Source of the DNA: Muribaculaceae bacterium
Lineage (GTDB): Bacteria; Bacteroidota; Bacteroidia; Bacteroidales; Muribaculaceae
Reading direction: 5' to 3'
Assembly (NCBI GenBank): GCA_045576735.1
Contig: JAZNGZ010000062.1
Coordinates: 1,127-65,126, forward strand
DNA length: 64,000 bases
Below, piece by piece: positions 45,338-55,839 of the stretch (its first letter is position 1; every line of letters starts with the position of its first letter). The position numbers and the translations under genes were made by a program. Under the pieces are notes generated by a model. That model worked only from the letters and a program-made list of their open reading frames with translations, searched no databases and was not told where the DNA came from.

Positions 45338-45968
45338 GATTAATTATAAGATAATATTATTTATCTTGGTATCGTTTATCAGTTGCCCATCTTATGGATT
45401 TGACTTAACTGTGCCAATTAATTCCGACGAAATAGATGTTTGGGAGTTGTTGTTAGAGGAAAACATTTGTTACCCTAATATTCCGGTTGATGTTTCATCA
45501 CAAGTTAAAACAAAAATAGAACGTCAATATAAGTCACTAAAGAAAAAGGGGTTTAATGTAAAGTTAATTAGGAATGATGAAGTTATAAAATTATCAATTC
45601 CTACCGACGATTTATTTGATTTAAACTCTCCTAATCTAAATGAATCTTCGGCAACTAAATATCTAAACCATATTCTTGAGTACTTAAAATATAATAACTT
45701 ATATAGGCTAGTAATAGCTGTACATCATGATGATTCTTTGTCACCGAATGAGGCTGAAAATTTGACATATGAACGTGCGTTTAAATTAATTGATTGGCTC
45801 CAAATACGTGAAAAAAATGCAAATACAATTGTACCATATTCAATGGGGAACGATATGTTATTGACACAAGACTCTAGTAAAAAGGGGAAAAAACTAAATA
45901 GAAGATTAGAAATTTATATTATTCCCGGTGAGCTAATGTTTGAACTTGCAAGAGAAAAAAAATTGTAA
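45312..45968 (+). CDS. OmpA-family (OmpA C-terminal-like domain) lipoprotein
   Basis: Signal peptide with a lipobox-like FISC, and a C-terminal LNRRLEIYIIP typical of OmpA_C/MotB-like domains. Confidence 0.65.
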   Translation: MKKHLTFYKINYKIILFILVSFISCPSYGFDLTVPINSDEIDVWELLLEENICYPNIPVDVSSQVKTKIERQYKSLKKKGFNVKLIRNDEVIKLSIPTDDLFDLNSPNLNESSATKYLNHILEYLKYNNLYRLVIAVHHDDSLSPNEAENLTYERAFKLIDWLQIREKNANTIVPYSMGNDMLLTQDSSKKGKKLNRRLEIYIIPGELMFELAREKKL

Positions 45969-46008
45969 CATTTCAGTTGTATTTAGTGTGATATAATTTT
46001 TTAATAAT

Positions 46009-46016
46009 TATCTTTG
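46009..46016 (+). promoter_or_regulatory. -7 box TAtcTTTG upstream of proS
   Basis: Exact TAnnTTTG match 25 nt before the ATG at 46041. Confidence 0.45.
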
Positions 46017-46040
46017 TAGAAAATAATAAATTAATAAATA

Positions 46041-47522
46041 ATGGCAAAAGAATTGAAAGGATTAACCAAACGCGAGACAAATTATTCGCAATGGTATAAT
46101 GAATTAGTTGTTAAGGCAGATTTGGCTGAGCAATCAGCTGTGAGAGGTTGTATGGTCATAAAGCCATATGGCTATGCTATTTGGGAAAAAATACAACAGC
46201 AATTAGATAAAATGTTCAAAGAAACTGGTCACGTTAATGCCTATTTTCCATTGCTAATACCAAAATCATTCTTAAGTAGAGAAGCTGACCATGTTGAAGG
46301 TTTTGCAAAAGAATGTGCTGTAGTAACTCATTATCGACTTAAAAATGCTCCAGAAGGGAAAGGTGTAGTCGTTGATCCTGAAGCAAAACTTGAAGAAGAA
46401 CTAATAATTCGTCCTACATCAGAAACAATTATTTGGAATACTTATAAAAATTGGATTCAAAGCCATAGAGATTTGCCAATTTTGTGCAATCAATGGGCAA
46501 ATGTATTTAGATGGGAAATGCGTACACGTATGTTCTTGCGTACAGCTGAATTCTTGTGGCAAGAAGGTCACACTGCACACGCAACAAAAGAAGAGGCGCT
46601 TGAAGAAGCAGTTAAGATGCTTAATGTTTATGCCGATTTTGCTGAAAAATATATGGCAGTACCAGTGATTAAGGGTGTAAAGTCTCCAAATGAACGATTT
46701 GCCGGAGCTTTAGATACATATACAATTGAAGCTATGATGCAAGACGGAAAGGCATTGCAATCGGGCACTTCACATTTCTTGGGTCAAAATTTTGCAAAGG
46801 CATTTGATGTAAAATTCTTAAATAAGAATAACGAATTAGAATATGTGTGGGCAACATCATGGGGAGTTTCTACTCGCTTGATGGGCGCATTGATTATGTC
46901 TCATTCCGATGATAATGGTTTGGTATTACCTCCCCACTTAGCTCCTATTCAAGTCGTTATAGTCCCTATTTATAAAAATGAAGAGCAATTAGCAACAATA
47001 TCAGCTACTGTAGAACCAATTATTGCTGAATTAAAACAATATGGCATTAGTGTTAAGTATGACGATGCTGATAATAAACGTCCAGGGTTTAAATTTGCTG
47101 AGTACGAATTAAAGGGTGTTCCAGTTCGTCTAGCAATAGGTGCTCGTGATATTGAGAATGGCACTATTGAAGTGATGCGCCGTGATAAACTAGAAAAGAG
47201 TGTTGAGCAGCTAAGCGGAATTGCTACATATGTTAAAGAATTATTGGCTGATATTCAGTCAAATATTTTCAATAAAGCACTTGCTCATCGTGAAGCTAAA
47301 ACAATTACAGTTGATACATATGATGAGTTTAAAGAAAAAATTGAAGAAGGTGGATTTATTTTAGCCCATTGGGATGGGACTTCTGAAACTGAAGAAAAGA
47401 TTAAGGAAGAAACCAAAGCCACAATCCGATGCATACCTATAGATGGAGATAAAACTCCCGGAGAATGTATGGTTACAGGAAAACCTTCAGCTCAACGTGT
47501 AGTTTTTGCTCGTAGCTATTAA
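46041..47522 (+). CDS. proS: Proline--tRNA ligase (archaeal/eukaryote-like type)
   Basis: 493 aa with class II motifs, including [23 protein letters not shown], and a C-terminal ...RVVFARSY. Confidence 0.93.
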   Translation: MAKELKGLTKRETNYSQWYNELVVKADLAEQSAVRGCMVIKPYGYAIWEKIQQQLDKMFKETGHVNAYFPLLIPKSFLSREADHVEGFAKECAVVTHYRLKNAPEGKGVVVDPEAKLEEELIIRPTSETIIWNTYKNWIQSHRDLPILCNQWANVFRWEMRTRMFLRTAEFLWQEGHTAHATKEEALEEAVKMLNVYADFAEKYMAVPVIKGVKSPNERFAGALDTYTIEAMMQDGKALQSGTSHFLGQNFAKAFDVKFLNKNNELEYVWATSWGVSTRLMGALIMSHSDDNGLVLPPHLAPIQVVIVPIYKNEEQLATISATVEPIIAELKQYGISVKYDDADNKRPGFKFAEYELKGVPVRLAIGARDIENGTIEVMRRDKLEKSVEQLSGIATYVKELLADIQSNIFNKALAHREAKTITVDTYDEFKEKIEEGGFILAHWDGTSETEEKIKEETKATIRCIPIDGDKTPGECMVTGKPSAQRVVFARSY

Positions 47523-47543
47523 AAATTCTTTGATGACAATAAT

Positions 47544-47585
47544 AAATGATTGCGTGAGGGATATTTACGCAATCATTTGTTTTTA
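47544..47585 (+). terminator. Intrinsic terminator of proS
   Basis: AAATGATTGCGT (47544-47555) pairs with ACGCAATCATTT (47567-47578) and is followed by GTTTTT. Confidence 0.8.
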
Positions 47586-47621
47586 TAAATTTTTCGTTAT
47601 AAGTAATATCGATTAATTTAG

Positions 47622-47629
47622 TATATTTG
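47622..47629 (+). promoter_or_regulatory. -7 box TAtaTTTG upstream of the GT2-umuD-umuC genes
   Basis: Exact match 16 nt before the ATG at 47645, and just after the proS terminator. Confidence 0.45.
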
Positions 47630-47644
47630 CAAAAAATATTATAT

Positions 47645-48604
47645 ATGGAACATAATATACCTCCAAGAATTGCAATTGTTTTACCTTGCTATAATGAGGC
47701 GTTAGCTTTGCCTACAACAACAAAAGTTTTGCTTGAATTACTCGATCAAATGGTTGAGAAAAATTTGATATCAGCAAAAAGCTATGTTCTTTGCTGTAAT
47801 GATGGGAGTAAGGATGAAACATGGTCTATAATAGCTCAACTTCATTCTCAAGATAAACGAATAAAAGGAATTTCGTTAGCTCATAATAGAGGTCATCAAT
47901 ATGTTTTATTGGCTGGATTGATGACTGTTAAGGATAATTGTGATGCTGCAGTATCAATTGATGCAGATTTACAAGATGATCCTGATGCAATTGTTAAGAT
48001 GGTAGAAGATTTTAATGCAGGGAAAGAGATTGTTTATGGCGTGCGAAGTAGTAGAGCCACAGATACTTGGTTTAAAAGAACGACTGCTCATGGTTTTTAT
48101 TCGTTCCAAAAATCAATGGGGCTTGAAACAGTATATGATCATGCCGATTATAGGCTTATGAGTAATAGGGCCCTACATTTATTAAGTGAATACAAAGAAT
48201 CTAACTTGTTTTTACGTGGAATTATACCTCAAATTGGTTTAGAAACTTCAATTGTTACTTATGAGCGTAAAGAACGAATAGCAGGAGAATCAAAATACCC
48301 CTTAAGTAAAATGCTCAGTTTTTCAATTGATGGTATTACTTCTTTTTCAGCGAAACCAATACGAATGATATTTATGCTCGGATTGATATTGCTATTGATT
48401 GATATAGGAGTTGGAATATATGTCTTGATCTCATATTTTAGCAATACTACAATATCGGGTTGGGCATCGTTAATGCTATCAGTATGGTTCTTAGGAAGTT
48501 TGATTTTGATGAGTATAGGTGTAGTTGGAGAGTATATTGGTAAAATATTCATTGAAGTTAAGCAACGACCACGGTTTGCAATAAAAGACACATTATTAGA
48601 TTAG
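47645..48604 (+). CDS. Family 2 glycosyltransferase, polyprenyl-phosphate sugar transferase type (GtrB/ArnC-like)
   Basis: IAIVLPCYNE, NDGSKDET, DADLQDDP and two C-terminal TM helices. The ATG at 47645 is preferred because the ORF-track TTG at 47627 lies within the -7 box. Confidence 0.85.
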   Translation: MEHNIPPRIAIVLPCYNEALALPTTTKVLLELLDQMVEKNLISAKSYVLCCNDGSKDETWSIIAQLHSQDKRIKGISLAHNRGHQYVLLAGLMTVKDNCDAAVSIDADLQDDPDAIVKMVEDFNAGKEIVYGVRSSRATDTWFKRTTAHGFYSFQKSMGLETVYDHADYRLMSNRALHLLSEYKESNLFLRGIIPQIGLETSIVTYERKERIAGESKYPLSKMLSFSIDGITSFSAKPIRMIFMLGLILLLIDIGVGIYVLISYFSNTTISGWASLMLSVWFLGSLILMSIGVVGEYIGKIFIEVKQRPRFAIKDTLLD

Positions 48605-48611
48605 TTGGGTA

Positions 48612-49058
48612 ATGAGTATTAAGATTTATGCATCAGATACATCAAGTGCAATTGAACTTCCATATGCCGATGAAGGTATAAAGGCGGGCTTCCCCTCCCC
48701 TGCCCAAGATTTCATAAATGAGTCTATCGATTTAAATAGAGAGTTGATAGACCATCCGGCTGCGACTTTTTATGGCAAAGTAGTTGGTAATTCTATGATT
48801 AAAGAAGGGATTGAAGAAGGAGATGTGTTGATTATTGATCGTTCAATCGAGCCATATAATAAAGATTTAGCAGTTTGCTGTATTGATGGTGATTTTACTT
48901 TAAAAAGAATACAAATAGAGTCTGATAAAGTGTGGCTTATACCTTCTAATGAATTATATGATCCAATTTTAGTAACTCCCGAAAATCAATTCTCGATATG
49001 GGGTGTTGTAACATATGTTATTAAAAAATATCGTCGCCCGCGTATCTCAAATTCATGA
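48612..49058 (+). CDS. umuD: S24 peptidase, UmuD-like translesion-synthesis accessory protein
   Basis: Ala-Gly self-cleavage context IKAGFPSPA, Ser nucleophile in GNSM and Lys in FTLKR. It overlaps the polymerase gene by 4 nt. Confidence 0.85.
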   Translation: MSIKIYASDTSSAIELPYADEGIKAGFPSPAQDFINESIDLNRELIDHPAATFYGKVVGNSMIKEGIEEGDVLIIDRSIEPYNKDLAVCCIDGDFTLKRIQIESDKVWLIPSNELYDPILVTPENQFSIWGVVTYVIKKYRRPRISNS

Positions 49059-50317
49059 TAGGACTTCTTGATTGTAATAATTTTTATGTGTCGTGTGAGC
49101 GCGTTTTTAATCCGTCACTACAAAATAAACCCATTGTTGTTTTGAGTAATAATGATGGATGTGTGGTCTCATTATCAAATGAGGCAAAACAGTTAGGCAT
49201 AAAACGAGGTGTTCCAATAAATCAAATTAGTGATATAATAAATCTTCATAATGTTAGTGTATTTTCGAGTAATTATAAACTTTATGGAGATATGTCAACT
49301 CGAGTGATGTCAGTTGTTTCTTCTATAATATCTGAAATTGAAATCTATTCAATAGATGAATGCTTTATAAATTTTGATAATATAAATTATTCTCAGATTG
49401 AAAAAATTGGTCGCGTTATTGTCAAAATGGTGCGACGTTGCACTGGAATTCCTGTGTCTTTGGGCATTGGTAAAACAAAAACACTGGCTAAAATTGCAGC
49501 TACATGTGCCAAAAAAGATTTAACACATAAAGGTGTTTTTGTTATCGATAATGAGAGAAAGTATATTGATGCTTTATATAATACTAAAATCCAAAATGTG
49601 TGGGGTATTGGTAGTAAATTAAGTGCAAAACTAATTAAAATAGGGATTCTCAATGCATATAGTTTTATAAAAAATCCATATCAAAGATATTCGACTATAT
49701 TAAACATTCATGATATTAGAATTTGGAAAGAATTATGCGGAGAACCATGCATTGATTTAGAATCGGTTGAGACTTCTAAGAAGCAATTGTGTTCATCGCG
49801 TACTTTTGCTCTTTCAATTGATAACATAAATGAACTGGAAGTGGCTATTTCAGCATTCATAGAAAGTGTATATAGAAAGTTGCAAAAACAAAAATGTAGT
49901 GCTAGGTCTATTATAGTTTTTCTTATACCTGATGAGGTACATAAACGAAGTCAAGGAAAGACGCATTCTTACTATAAGTTTGAAGAGCCAAAAAACGATA
50001 TGCTTTCATTGACTTCGATTGCATTAAAACTCTTAAAATCAATCTATTTAGTAGGGCTTAGTTATAAAAAAGCAGGTGTTTTGATTCCCGAAATTATTGA
50101 AAATGATTATGTGCAAAATAATTTGTTTTGTTCACACGAGAAAAGAGATAGGCTAACAAAGTTAAAGAATGCAATTTCAGAGATAAATAGTAATCTAGGT
50201 ATAAATAATGATGTTGTTCATTTAGCCACATCTGTGTCTCAACGTAGTATAAGTAAAATTGAACATTTGTCTCAACTTTATTCTACTCGATTTGACGAGT
50301 TAATCACAATTAAATGA
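49055..50317 (+). CDS. umuC: Y-family DNA polymerase, UmuC-like
   Basis: N-terminal [17 protein letters not shown] and SIDECF catalytic motifs. Length is 420 aa, and it is translationally coupled to the umuD-like gene. Confidence 0.85.
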   Translation: MIGLLDCNNFYVSCERVFNPSLQNKPIVVLSNNDGCVVSLSNEAKQLGIKRGVPINQISDIINLHNVSVFSSNYKLYGDMSTRVMSVVSSIISEIEIYSIDECFINFDNINYSQIEKIGRVIVKMVRRCTGIPVSLGIGKTKTLAKIAATCAKKDLTHKGVFVIDNERKYIDALYNTKIQNVWGIGSKLSAKLIKIGILNAYSFIKNPYQRYSTILNIHDIRIWKELCGEPCIDLESVETSKKQLCSSRTFALSIDNINELEVAISAFIESVYRKLQKQKCSARSIIVFLIPDEVHKRSQGKTHSYYKFEEPKNDMLSLTSIALKLLKSIYLVGLSYKKAGVLIPEIIENDYVQNNLFCSHEKRDRLTKLKNAISEINSNLGINNDVVHLATSVSQRSISKIEHLSQLYSTRFDELITIK

Positions 50318-50377
50318 TAAATTTATTCTTTAATGTCTAAAAAAACTCAAAAAATTGAGAATGTAGATTATTTGTTG

Positions 50378-50385
50378 TAAGTTTG
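50378..50385 (+). promoter_or_regulatory. -7 box TAagTTTG upstream of the HU gene pair
   Basis: Exact match 24 nt before the ATG at 50409. Confidence 0.45.
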
Positions 50386-50408
50386 TAAGATATTTAATGT
50401 TTAAGTAT

Positions 50409-50684
50409 ATGGAAAGTAAGGAATTTGTCTCTAGACTAGCAAAAAAGATGGATAGAGAAGTTAAAGACATTAATGTTTTGATTGATGGATTGTCTCAGGT
50501 TTTTAAGGACAATCTTTCAAAACTAGATTCTATTGCGTTGCCTGGATTTGGAGAATTTTCAGCAATAAAAGAAGACGAGACAATATCAATAGATCGTTCG
50601 ACGGGAAAGCGTTTATTATTGCCTCCACAAATATCTATTTCATTTAAACCTAGCACAATTTTAAAGAAACGATTAAGTGAATAA
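50409..50684 (+). CDS. HU family DNA-binding protein
   Basis: About 91 aa with an HU/IHF-like layout (FVSRLAKKM..., LPGFGEFS, arm region, FKPS). The ATG at 50409 is preferred given the -7 box at 50378-50385. Confidence 0.8.
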   Translation: MESKEFVSRLAKKMDREVKDINVLIDGLSQVFKDNLSKLDSIALPGFGEFSAIKEDETISIDRSTGKRLLLPPQISISFKPSTILKKRLSE

Positions 50685-50691
50685 GCGAGTT

Positions 50692-51804
50692 ATGGCAAAT
50701 AAGATAAACTTAGTACAAGTAGCAAACCAAGTCGCTTCAATTTCTGGTTGTTCACAGTCAACTGCGGAAACTTTTGTCAAAACAACATTCTCAATGTTAT
50801 CTGATTTGTTGCAAAACGGTACAAAGGTCAAAATAAAAGGTATAGGTACATTTAAGAAGATTGATAATGGAAGCATTGAGGTGAGATTTGATGCAGATAA
50901 GCAATTAAGTGATTTTGTTAATATGCCTTTTTCTTCTTTTGAAGCGGTTGAATTGGATGATGCTGTTACCGATGAATTATTTGAAGAAGAAATGTCTCAA
51001 GAAAATGAAGAAATTGAGCAGATTGAATCAAATGTGATGGCTGAAGAAAATTCAGATGTCGTAGCATCTCAAGAAGAAAGTATAAATACAGAAACATCAG
51101 ATGTTGTAGGGGCAAATATCGATTCATCAAAAACGGAGTCAGAGTCTGAAAAGCAAGTAGCTTCAATAGAGAGTCAGGTATTAAGTGACGAATCTGATGT
51201 CGATGTGCTAGAAAATAATACAGATGAATCTTCAGTAAATAATAATGATATAGATTCAAGTAATAATGAAGAAGTTAATGATATAGAAGAACAAGACAAG
51301 GAAAAAACAGAAGTAAAAGTTCTTAGCTCTCAACGGGGACACATTACTCTTTCATTCTACATAATTTCAATTTTTATAGCACTTGTTATTGGAGGTGTCA
51401 TAGGTTATTATGTTAAAAGTATTTCTGAAGACAATACTATAAATAATCGTATCGACCGTCAACAAGAGCAACTTGATTCAATAAGGGCATCAATTGTTAG
51501 TAATCAAAATGACACAACAATCAATGAGTCAACTACACAAAATAATGATGACGTAAAATATGACACAATTACTCCATATCGTCTGATTACAACAATGGCT
51601 GAGGAGTATTATGGAGATATGAATTTTTGGACATATATATATGAGGAGAATAAAGAAATTCTGGGCCATCCCGAAAGAATTCCTTCGGGAACAATTTTAA
51701 AAATTCCTTCTGCAGAGAAGTATGAAATTGACTCCGCAAACCCCACTTCAGTTCAGAATGCTAAACTTAAAGGCGTTGAAATATATAATAAATTTCGCAA
51801 ATAA
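50692..51804 (+). CDS. HU-like domain / acidic linker / TM helix / LysM-like domain protein
   Basis: - N-terminal HU-like fold (LVQVANQVA...IKGIGTFKK).
- About 130 aa of D/E/S-rich low complexity.
- A TM helix (ITLSFYIISIFIALVIGGVIGYY).
- A C-terminal YDTITPYRLITTMAEEYYGD...PSGTILKIPS that resembles LysM.
- The ATG at 50692 is preferred over the GTG at 50677. Confidence 0.6.
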   Translation: MANKINLVQVANQVASISGCSQSTAETFVKTTFSMLSDLLQNGTKVKIKGIGTFKKIDNGSIEVRFDADKQLSDFVNMPFSSFEAVELDDAVTDELFEEEMSQENEEIEQIESNVMAEENSDVVASQEESINTETSDVVGANIDSSKTESESEKQVASIESQVLSDESDVDVLENNTDESSVNNNDIDSSNNEEVNDIEEQDKEKTEVKVLSSQRGHITLSFYIISIFIALVIGGVIGYYVKSISEDNTINNRIDRQQEQLDSIRASIVSNQNDTTINESTTQNNDDVKYDTITPYRLITTMAEEYYGDMNFWTYIYEENKEILGHPERIPSGTILKIPSAEKYEIDSANPTSVQNAKLKGVEIYNKFRK

Positions 51805-51872
51805 TTAATGTGCTAAAACTAATAATAGACAAAATTAACATACTATATTCGCGTTGAATTTGTTATTATGTT

Positions 51873-51880
51873 TAAATTTG
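51873..51880 (+). promoter_or_regulatory. -7 box TAaaTTTG upstream of moxR (Bat operon)
   Basis: Exact match 56 nt before the ATG at 51936. It is bracketed by an 11/12-nt inverted repeat (51841-51851 and 51893-51904). Confidence 0.45.
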
Positions 51881-51935
51881 CAGACCAAAAGTCGAAATAT
51901 AGTATTTAAAGAAAAATATAATATTAAAATTCAAT

Positions 51936-52922
51936 ATGGTAGATATTAGAGAAATAAATGATTTAGTTGCGAGCAAAAGCAATTTCACACACCTTATTAC
52001 TCGCGGCATGGATCAAACAATAGTAGGACAAAAACACTTGATTGAATCGTTATTGATTTCACTATTGTCAAATGGTCATGTATTACTCGAAGGAGTTCCT
52101 GGTTTGGCTAAAACTCTAGCTATAAAAACGTTGGCTCAAATTATAGATGCAAAGTATAGTAGAATACAATTTACGCCCGACCTACTACCTGCCGACGTAA
52201 TAGGTACTATGATTTATAGTATGCGAAATGAACAATTTCAAGTAAAAAAAGGTCCGATTTTCTCAAACTTTGTATTAGCTGATGAAATAAATCGTACACC
52301 GGCAAAAGTCCAAAGTGCACTTCTCGAAGCTATGCAAGAACGTCAGGTTACAATCGGGGACAATACGTTTGCTTTAGACGAACCATTCCTTGTAATGGCG
52401 ACGCAGAACCCCATTGAACAAGAGGGCACTTATCCCCTACCCGAAGCTCAAGTTGACCGTTTCTTGATGAAAGTTATAATTTCATATCCAACCAAAGAAG
52501 AAGAAAAGATAATTATTCGTCAAAATTTATCTTCTGAAAAGACGTCTATAACTCCATTATTGCGCCCCGAAGAAATACGTGAAGCCCAGAAGGTTGTAGA
52601 ACAGATATATATTGATGAAAAGATAGAGCGTTATATTGTTGATATAGTGTTCTCGACTCGTAATCCAGCAAGTAATGGATTAAATGATTTGTCAAATATT
52701 ATATCGTTTGGAGCGTCACCTCGTGCGTCAATAAGTTTGGCTAAAGCATCTAAAGCATATGCATTTTTGCGTGGTCGTGGTTATGTAATACCCGAAGATG
52801 TTAGAGCTGTTAGTCATGATATTCTTCGCCACAGAATAGGTTTGACGTATGAAGCTGAAGCAAATAATATTACTACTGATGATATTATTACAACAATTCT
52901 TGATAAAGTAGAAGTTCCCTAA
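51936..52922 (+). CDS. MoxR-family AAA+ ATPase
   Basis: Walker A LLEGVPGLAKT, Walker B VLADEINRTPAKVQSALLEAMQE and ATQNPIEQEGTYPLPEAQVDRF. Confidence 0.93.
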   Translation: MVDIREINDLVASKSNFTHLITRGMDQTIVGQKHLIESLLISLLSNGHVLLEGVPGLAKTLAIKTLAQIIDAKYSRIQFTPDLLPADVIGTMIYSMRNEQFQVKKGPIFSNFVLADEINRTPAKVQSALLEAMQERQVTIGDNTFALDEPFLVMATQNPIEQEGTYPLPEAQVDRFLMKVIISYPTKEEEKIIIRQNLSSEKTSITPLLRPEEIREAQKVVEQIYIDEKIERYIVDIVFSTRNPASNGLNDLSNIISFGASPRASISLAKASKAYAFLRGRGYVIPEDVRAVSHDILRHRIGLTYEAEANNITTDDIITTILDKVEVP

Positions 52923-52939
52923 TATTTAGCAATTGTATT

Positions 52940-53812
52940 ATGGAGGCAAATGAACTTCTAAAAAAAGTTCGAAAAATTGAGATAAAAACACGAGGGCTAT
53001 CTCAGAATATTTTCGCTGGAGAATACCATTCAGCCTTTAAAGGACGTGGAATGATATTTTCTGAAGTTCGAGAATATCAATATGGAGATGATATTCGTGA
53101 TATTGATTGGAATGTTACGGCTCGTCACAATCGACCATATGTGAAAGTTTATGAAGAGGAGCGAGAATTAACAGTGATGTTGCTTGTGGATGTTTCAGGT
53201 AGTCGTAGGTTCGGCGCAGTTGGTGTAGAAAAACGCGAATTAATTGCTGAAGTTGCAGCCACGCTAGCATTCTCTGCTATTCAAAATAATGATAAGATTG
53301 GGGTTATCTTTTTCTCCGATAAAATAGAAAAATTTATACCTCCTAAAAAAGGCAGAAAACATATTTTGTTTATAATCAGAGAATTATTGGTTTTTAATCC
53401 GCAAAATAAAGGTACTGATATATCATTGGCATTGAAATATCATACCGATGCTCTGAAAAAGCGTTGTACAACTTTTTTAATATCTGATTTCATTGATTCG
53501 AACGATTTTTCTATATCTATGAATATAGCAAAAAATAAACATGAAATTATTGCAATTCAGATATACGATAAACGTGATACGGAGATGCCAAATGTGGGTT
53601 TAATTAGAATTAAAGATTTAGAAACTGATAAAAGTTGTTGGATAGATACTTCATCAAAAAACACTCGTAAAGCTTATAGTAAATGGTGGTATGAAAATCA
53701 ACAAAGACTAAGTAATACATTGAATAAATGTAAAGTTGATTTGGCATCAATTGCTACTGATGATGATTATGTAAAATCATTGATGGCATTATTTAAGAAT
53801 AGAAGTTTTTAA
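52940..53812 (+). CDS. DUF58 domain-containing protein (MoxR partner)
   Basis: VREYQYGDDIRDIDWNVTAR signature followed by a vWA-like fold. It lies immediately downstream of moxR. Confidence 0.88.
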   Translation: MEANELLKKVRKIEIKTRGLSQNIFAGEYHSAFKGRGMIFSEVREYQYGDDIRDIDWNVTARHNRPYVKVYEEERELTVMLLVDVSGSRRFGAVGVEKRELIAEVAATLAFSAIQNNDKIGVIFFSDKIEKFIPPKKGRKHILFIIRELLVFNPQNKGTDISLALKYHTDALKKRCTTFLISDFIDSNDFSISMNIAKNKHEIIAIQIYDKRDTEMPNVGLIRIKDLETDKSCWIDTSSKNTRKAYSKWWYENQQRLSNTLNKCKVDLASIATDDDYVKSLMALFKNRSF

Positions 53813-53818
53813 ACTGAT

Positions 53819-54847
53819 ATGTTTTTGACGAAATTAAATATTAAGTTATTGTTGGTGTTGTTATTAGCCCTATCAACCCTAACTATATATGCTGATGTTA
53901 ATTTTAGCGCTAAATTAGACTCCTCAACATTGTTGATGGGTAATCAAACTCTAATTCACCTTGAAATACAACAAGATGCATCTCAAAGAGGGCAAGTAAT
54001 TGATGAGCCCAATGTTGCATCTGATGGTGTCGTTGAAATAACAAAAGGTGTTGAATTTGGTGGTGTTGTTCGTAATGATACTATTTCATTAGATGCAGGA
54101 CGTAAACAAATTAATCGTGATTATGTTATTCAATCTTTTGACCCGGGTGTTTACACTATTCCTCCGTTTAGATATGTAATAGGTGTTGATACATTTAAGT
54201 CTAAATCATTAACTCTTACCGTTGTACCAGTGAAATTAGATTCTGCTGATTTGGCGACTGACACAATAAAAACATTTGCAGAGATTGAACGTGTTGAGTT
54301 AGAATTGTCTGATCGTATTCCTGATACAGTAAAAAATTATTGGTATTTATGGCTTATATTTATAATTATTGCACTTGGTCTTATTTGGTTGTTGTTTAAA
54401 TATCGGTCAAAAGGAAAAACAATTTTTGTCATAAAGAAAGTTTTGCCACCATATGAATTAGCAAAACAAAAATTAGATAAACTTAAATTAAATGGGTTGT
54501 GTAAAGCTGGACATGAAAAAGATTATTATACCGAATTAACTGATATTTTACGTGAATACTTGGCTGGTAGATATAAAATTAATGCACAAGAAATGACAAC
54601 ATCGCAAATTATTGAAGCAATTAAAGAAAATCATGAAATAGCTGTAATTAATATTGATTTAGGTTTTGTCCTTCAAGTTGCTGATTTTGTTAAGTTTGCA
54701 AAAGTTCTACCTAGTGACGAAGAAAATATTAAATCATATGAAACTGTAGTTGATTTTGTAGAAACAACGAAGCCCAAAGATAGGAAAGAGGAAGCTTCTA
54801 AGAACTCAACACAATCTAAGTCTAAAACTGTAATAGCAAATAAATGA
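53819..54847 (+). CDS. Bat-operon membrane protein with a BatD-like N-terminal domain
   Basis: Signal peptide, a beta-rich domain resembling the start of BatD, a TM helix (YLWLIFIIIALGLIWLLF) and a cytoplasmic tail. Its position between DUF58 and batA matches the Bacteroides operon layout as I recall it. Confidence 0.55.
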   Translation: MFLTKLNIKLLLVLLLALSTLTIYADVNFSAKLDSSTLLMGNQTLIHLEIQQDASQRGQVIDEPNVASDGVVEITKGVEFGGVVRNDTISLDAGRKQINRDYVIQSFDPGVYTIPPFRYVIGVDTFKSKSLTLTVVPVKLDSADLATDTIKTFAEIERVELELSDRIPDTVKNYWYLWLIFIIIALGLIWLLFKYRSKGKTIFVIKKVLPPYELAKQKLDKLKLNGLCKAGHEKDYYTELTDILREYLAGRYKINAQEMTTSQIIEAIKENHEIAVINIDLGFVLQVADFVKFAKVLPSDEENIKSYETVVDFVETTKPKDRKEEASKNSTQSKSKTVIANK

Positions 54848-55830
54848 TGCACTTAGCTCATCCCGAATATTTATGGTTTTTTCTAATATATATACCTATT
54901 ATAGCATGGTATATATATAAAATTAATAGTTCTCACTCTGAAATGGGAGTGTCGAGTATTGTTCCTTTTGAAAAAACAAAAAAATCTTTTAAAGAATATT
55001 TTCGACATATATTATTTGTCCTTAGATTAATGACTATTGGATGTTTAATTATTATATCATGTCGTCCACAAAAAATAGATAATAAAAAAACAATTGAGGG
55101 GATTGATATTGTTATAGCAATGGATGTGTCAACGAGTATGTTAGCAAAGGATTTTACTCCAAATCGCTTTGAAGCAGCAAAAAAAGTTGCATCTAAATTT
55201 GTTGCATCTAGAACATCTGATAATATGGGATTAGTTATTTTTGCAGGTGAAGGATTTACTGCAGTTCCAATGACAACAGACGTTGCAATGATTGCCTCTC
55301 AAATTGGAGATATTCAAATTGGATTACTAGAAGATGGAACTGCTATAGGTGATGGATTGTCAATGGCAATAAATCGCATGAAAAATAGTGCCGCTAAATC
55401 TAAAGTAATAATATTGTTGACCGATGGCACTAATAATTCGGGGCTTGTATCTCCTATCAATGCTGCAGAAATAGCAAAGGAATATGGAATTAAAGTTTAT
55501 TCTATTGGTGTAGGGACTAATGGTAATGCTCAAGTTCCCGTTAGCATAGATCCTTTTGGAAATATCCATTATGCGATGCAACCTGTTGTTATTGATGATG
55601 AAACATTGGAAAAAATATCAACAATGACAGATGGTAAGTATTATAGAGCAACGGATAATAGTGTATTAAAACAAATTTTTGATGATATAGATAAATTAGA
55701 AAAAACTAAAATTGATGCACAAAATTTTCTTCATACTGAAGATGATATTATGCTTTGGGCTTGGATTGCTCTTCTTTTAATATTTACGGAAGTAATATTG
55801 AGATTTACACTTTTACGTTCAATACCTTAA
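54844..55830 (+). CDS. batA: Aerotolerance protein BatA (TM-anchored vWA domain)
   Basis: N-terminal TM helices, MIDAS motif IVIAMDVSTSM, ILLTDGTNN and a C-terminal TM helix. Confidence 0.85.
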   Translation: MMHLAHPEYLWFFLIYIPIIAWYIYKINSSHSEMGVSSIVPFEKTKKSFKEYFRHILFVLRLMTIGCLIIISCRPQKIDNKKTIEGIDIVIAMDVSTSMLAKDFTPNRFEAAKKVASKFVASRTSDNMGLVIFAGEGFTAVPMTTDVAMIASQIGDIQIGLLEDGTAIGDGLSMAINRMKNSAAKSKVIILLTDGTNNSGLVSPINAAEIAKEYGIKVYSIGVGTNGNAQVPVSIDPFGNIHYAMQPVVIDDETLEKISTMTDGKYYRATDNSVLKQIFDDIDKLEKTKIDAQNFLHTEDDIMLWAWIALLLIFTEVILRFTLLRSIP

Positions 55831-55839
55831 TTTATTTTT

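Noticed and set aside
50348-50364. A small hairpin CTCAA-AAAA-TTGAG after umuC, considered as a possible terminator
   Set aside because: The stem is only 5 bp and AT-rich, and no downstream T-tract follows. This is too weak to call.
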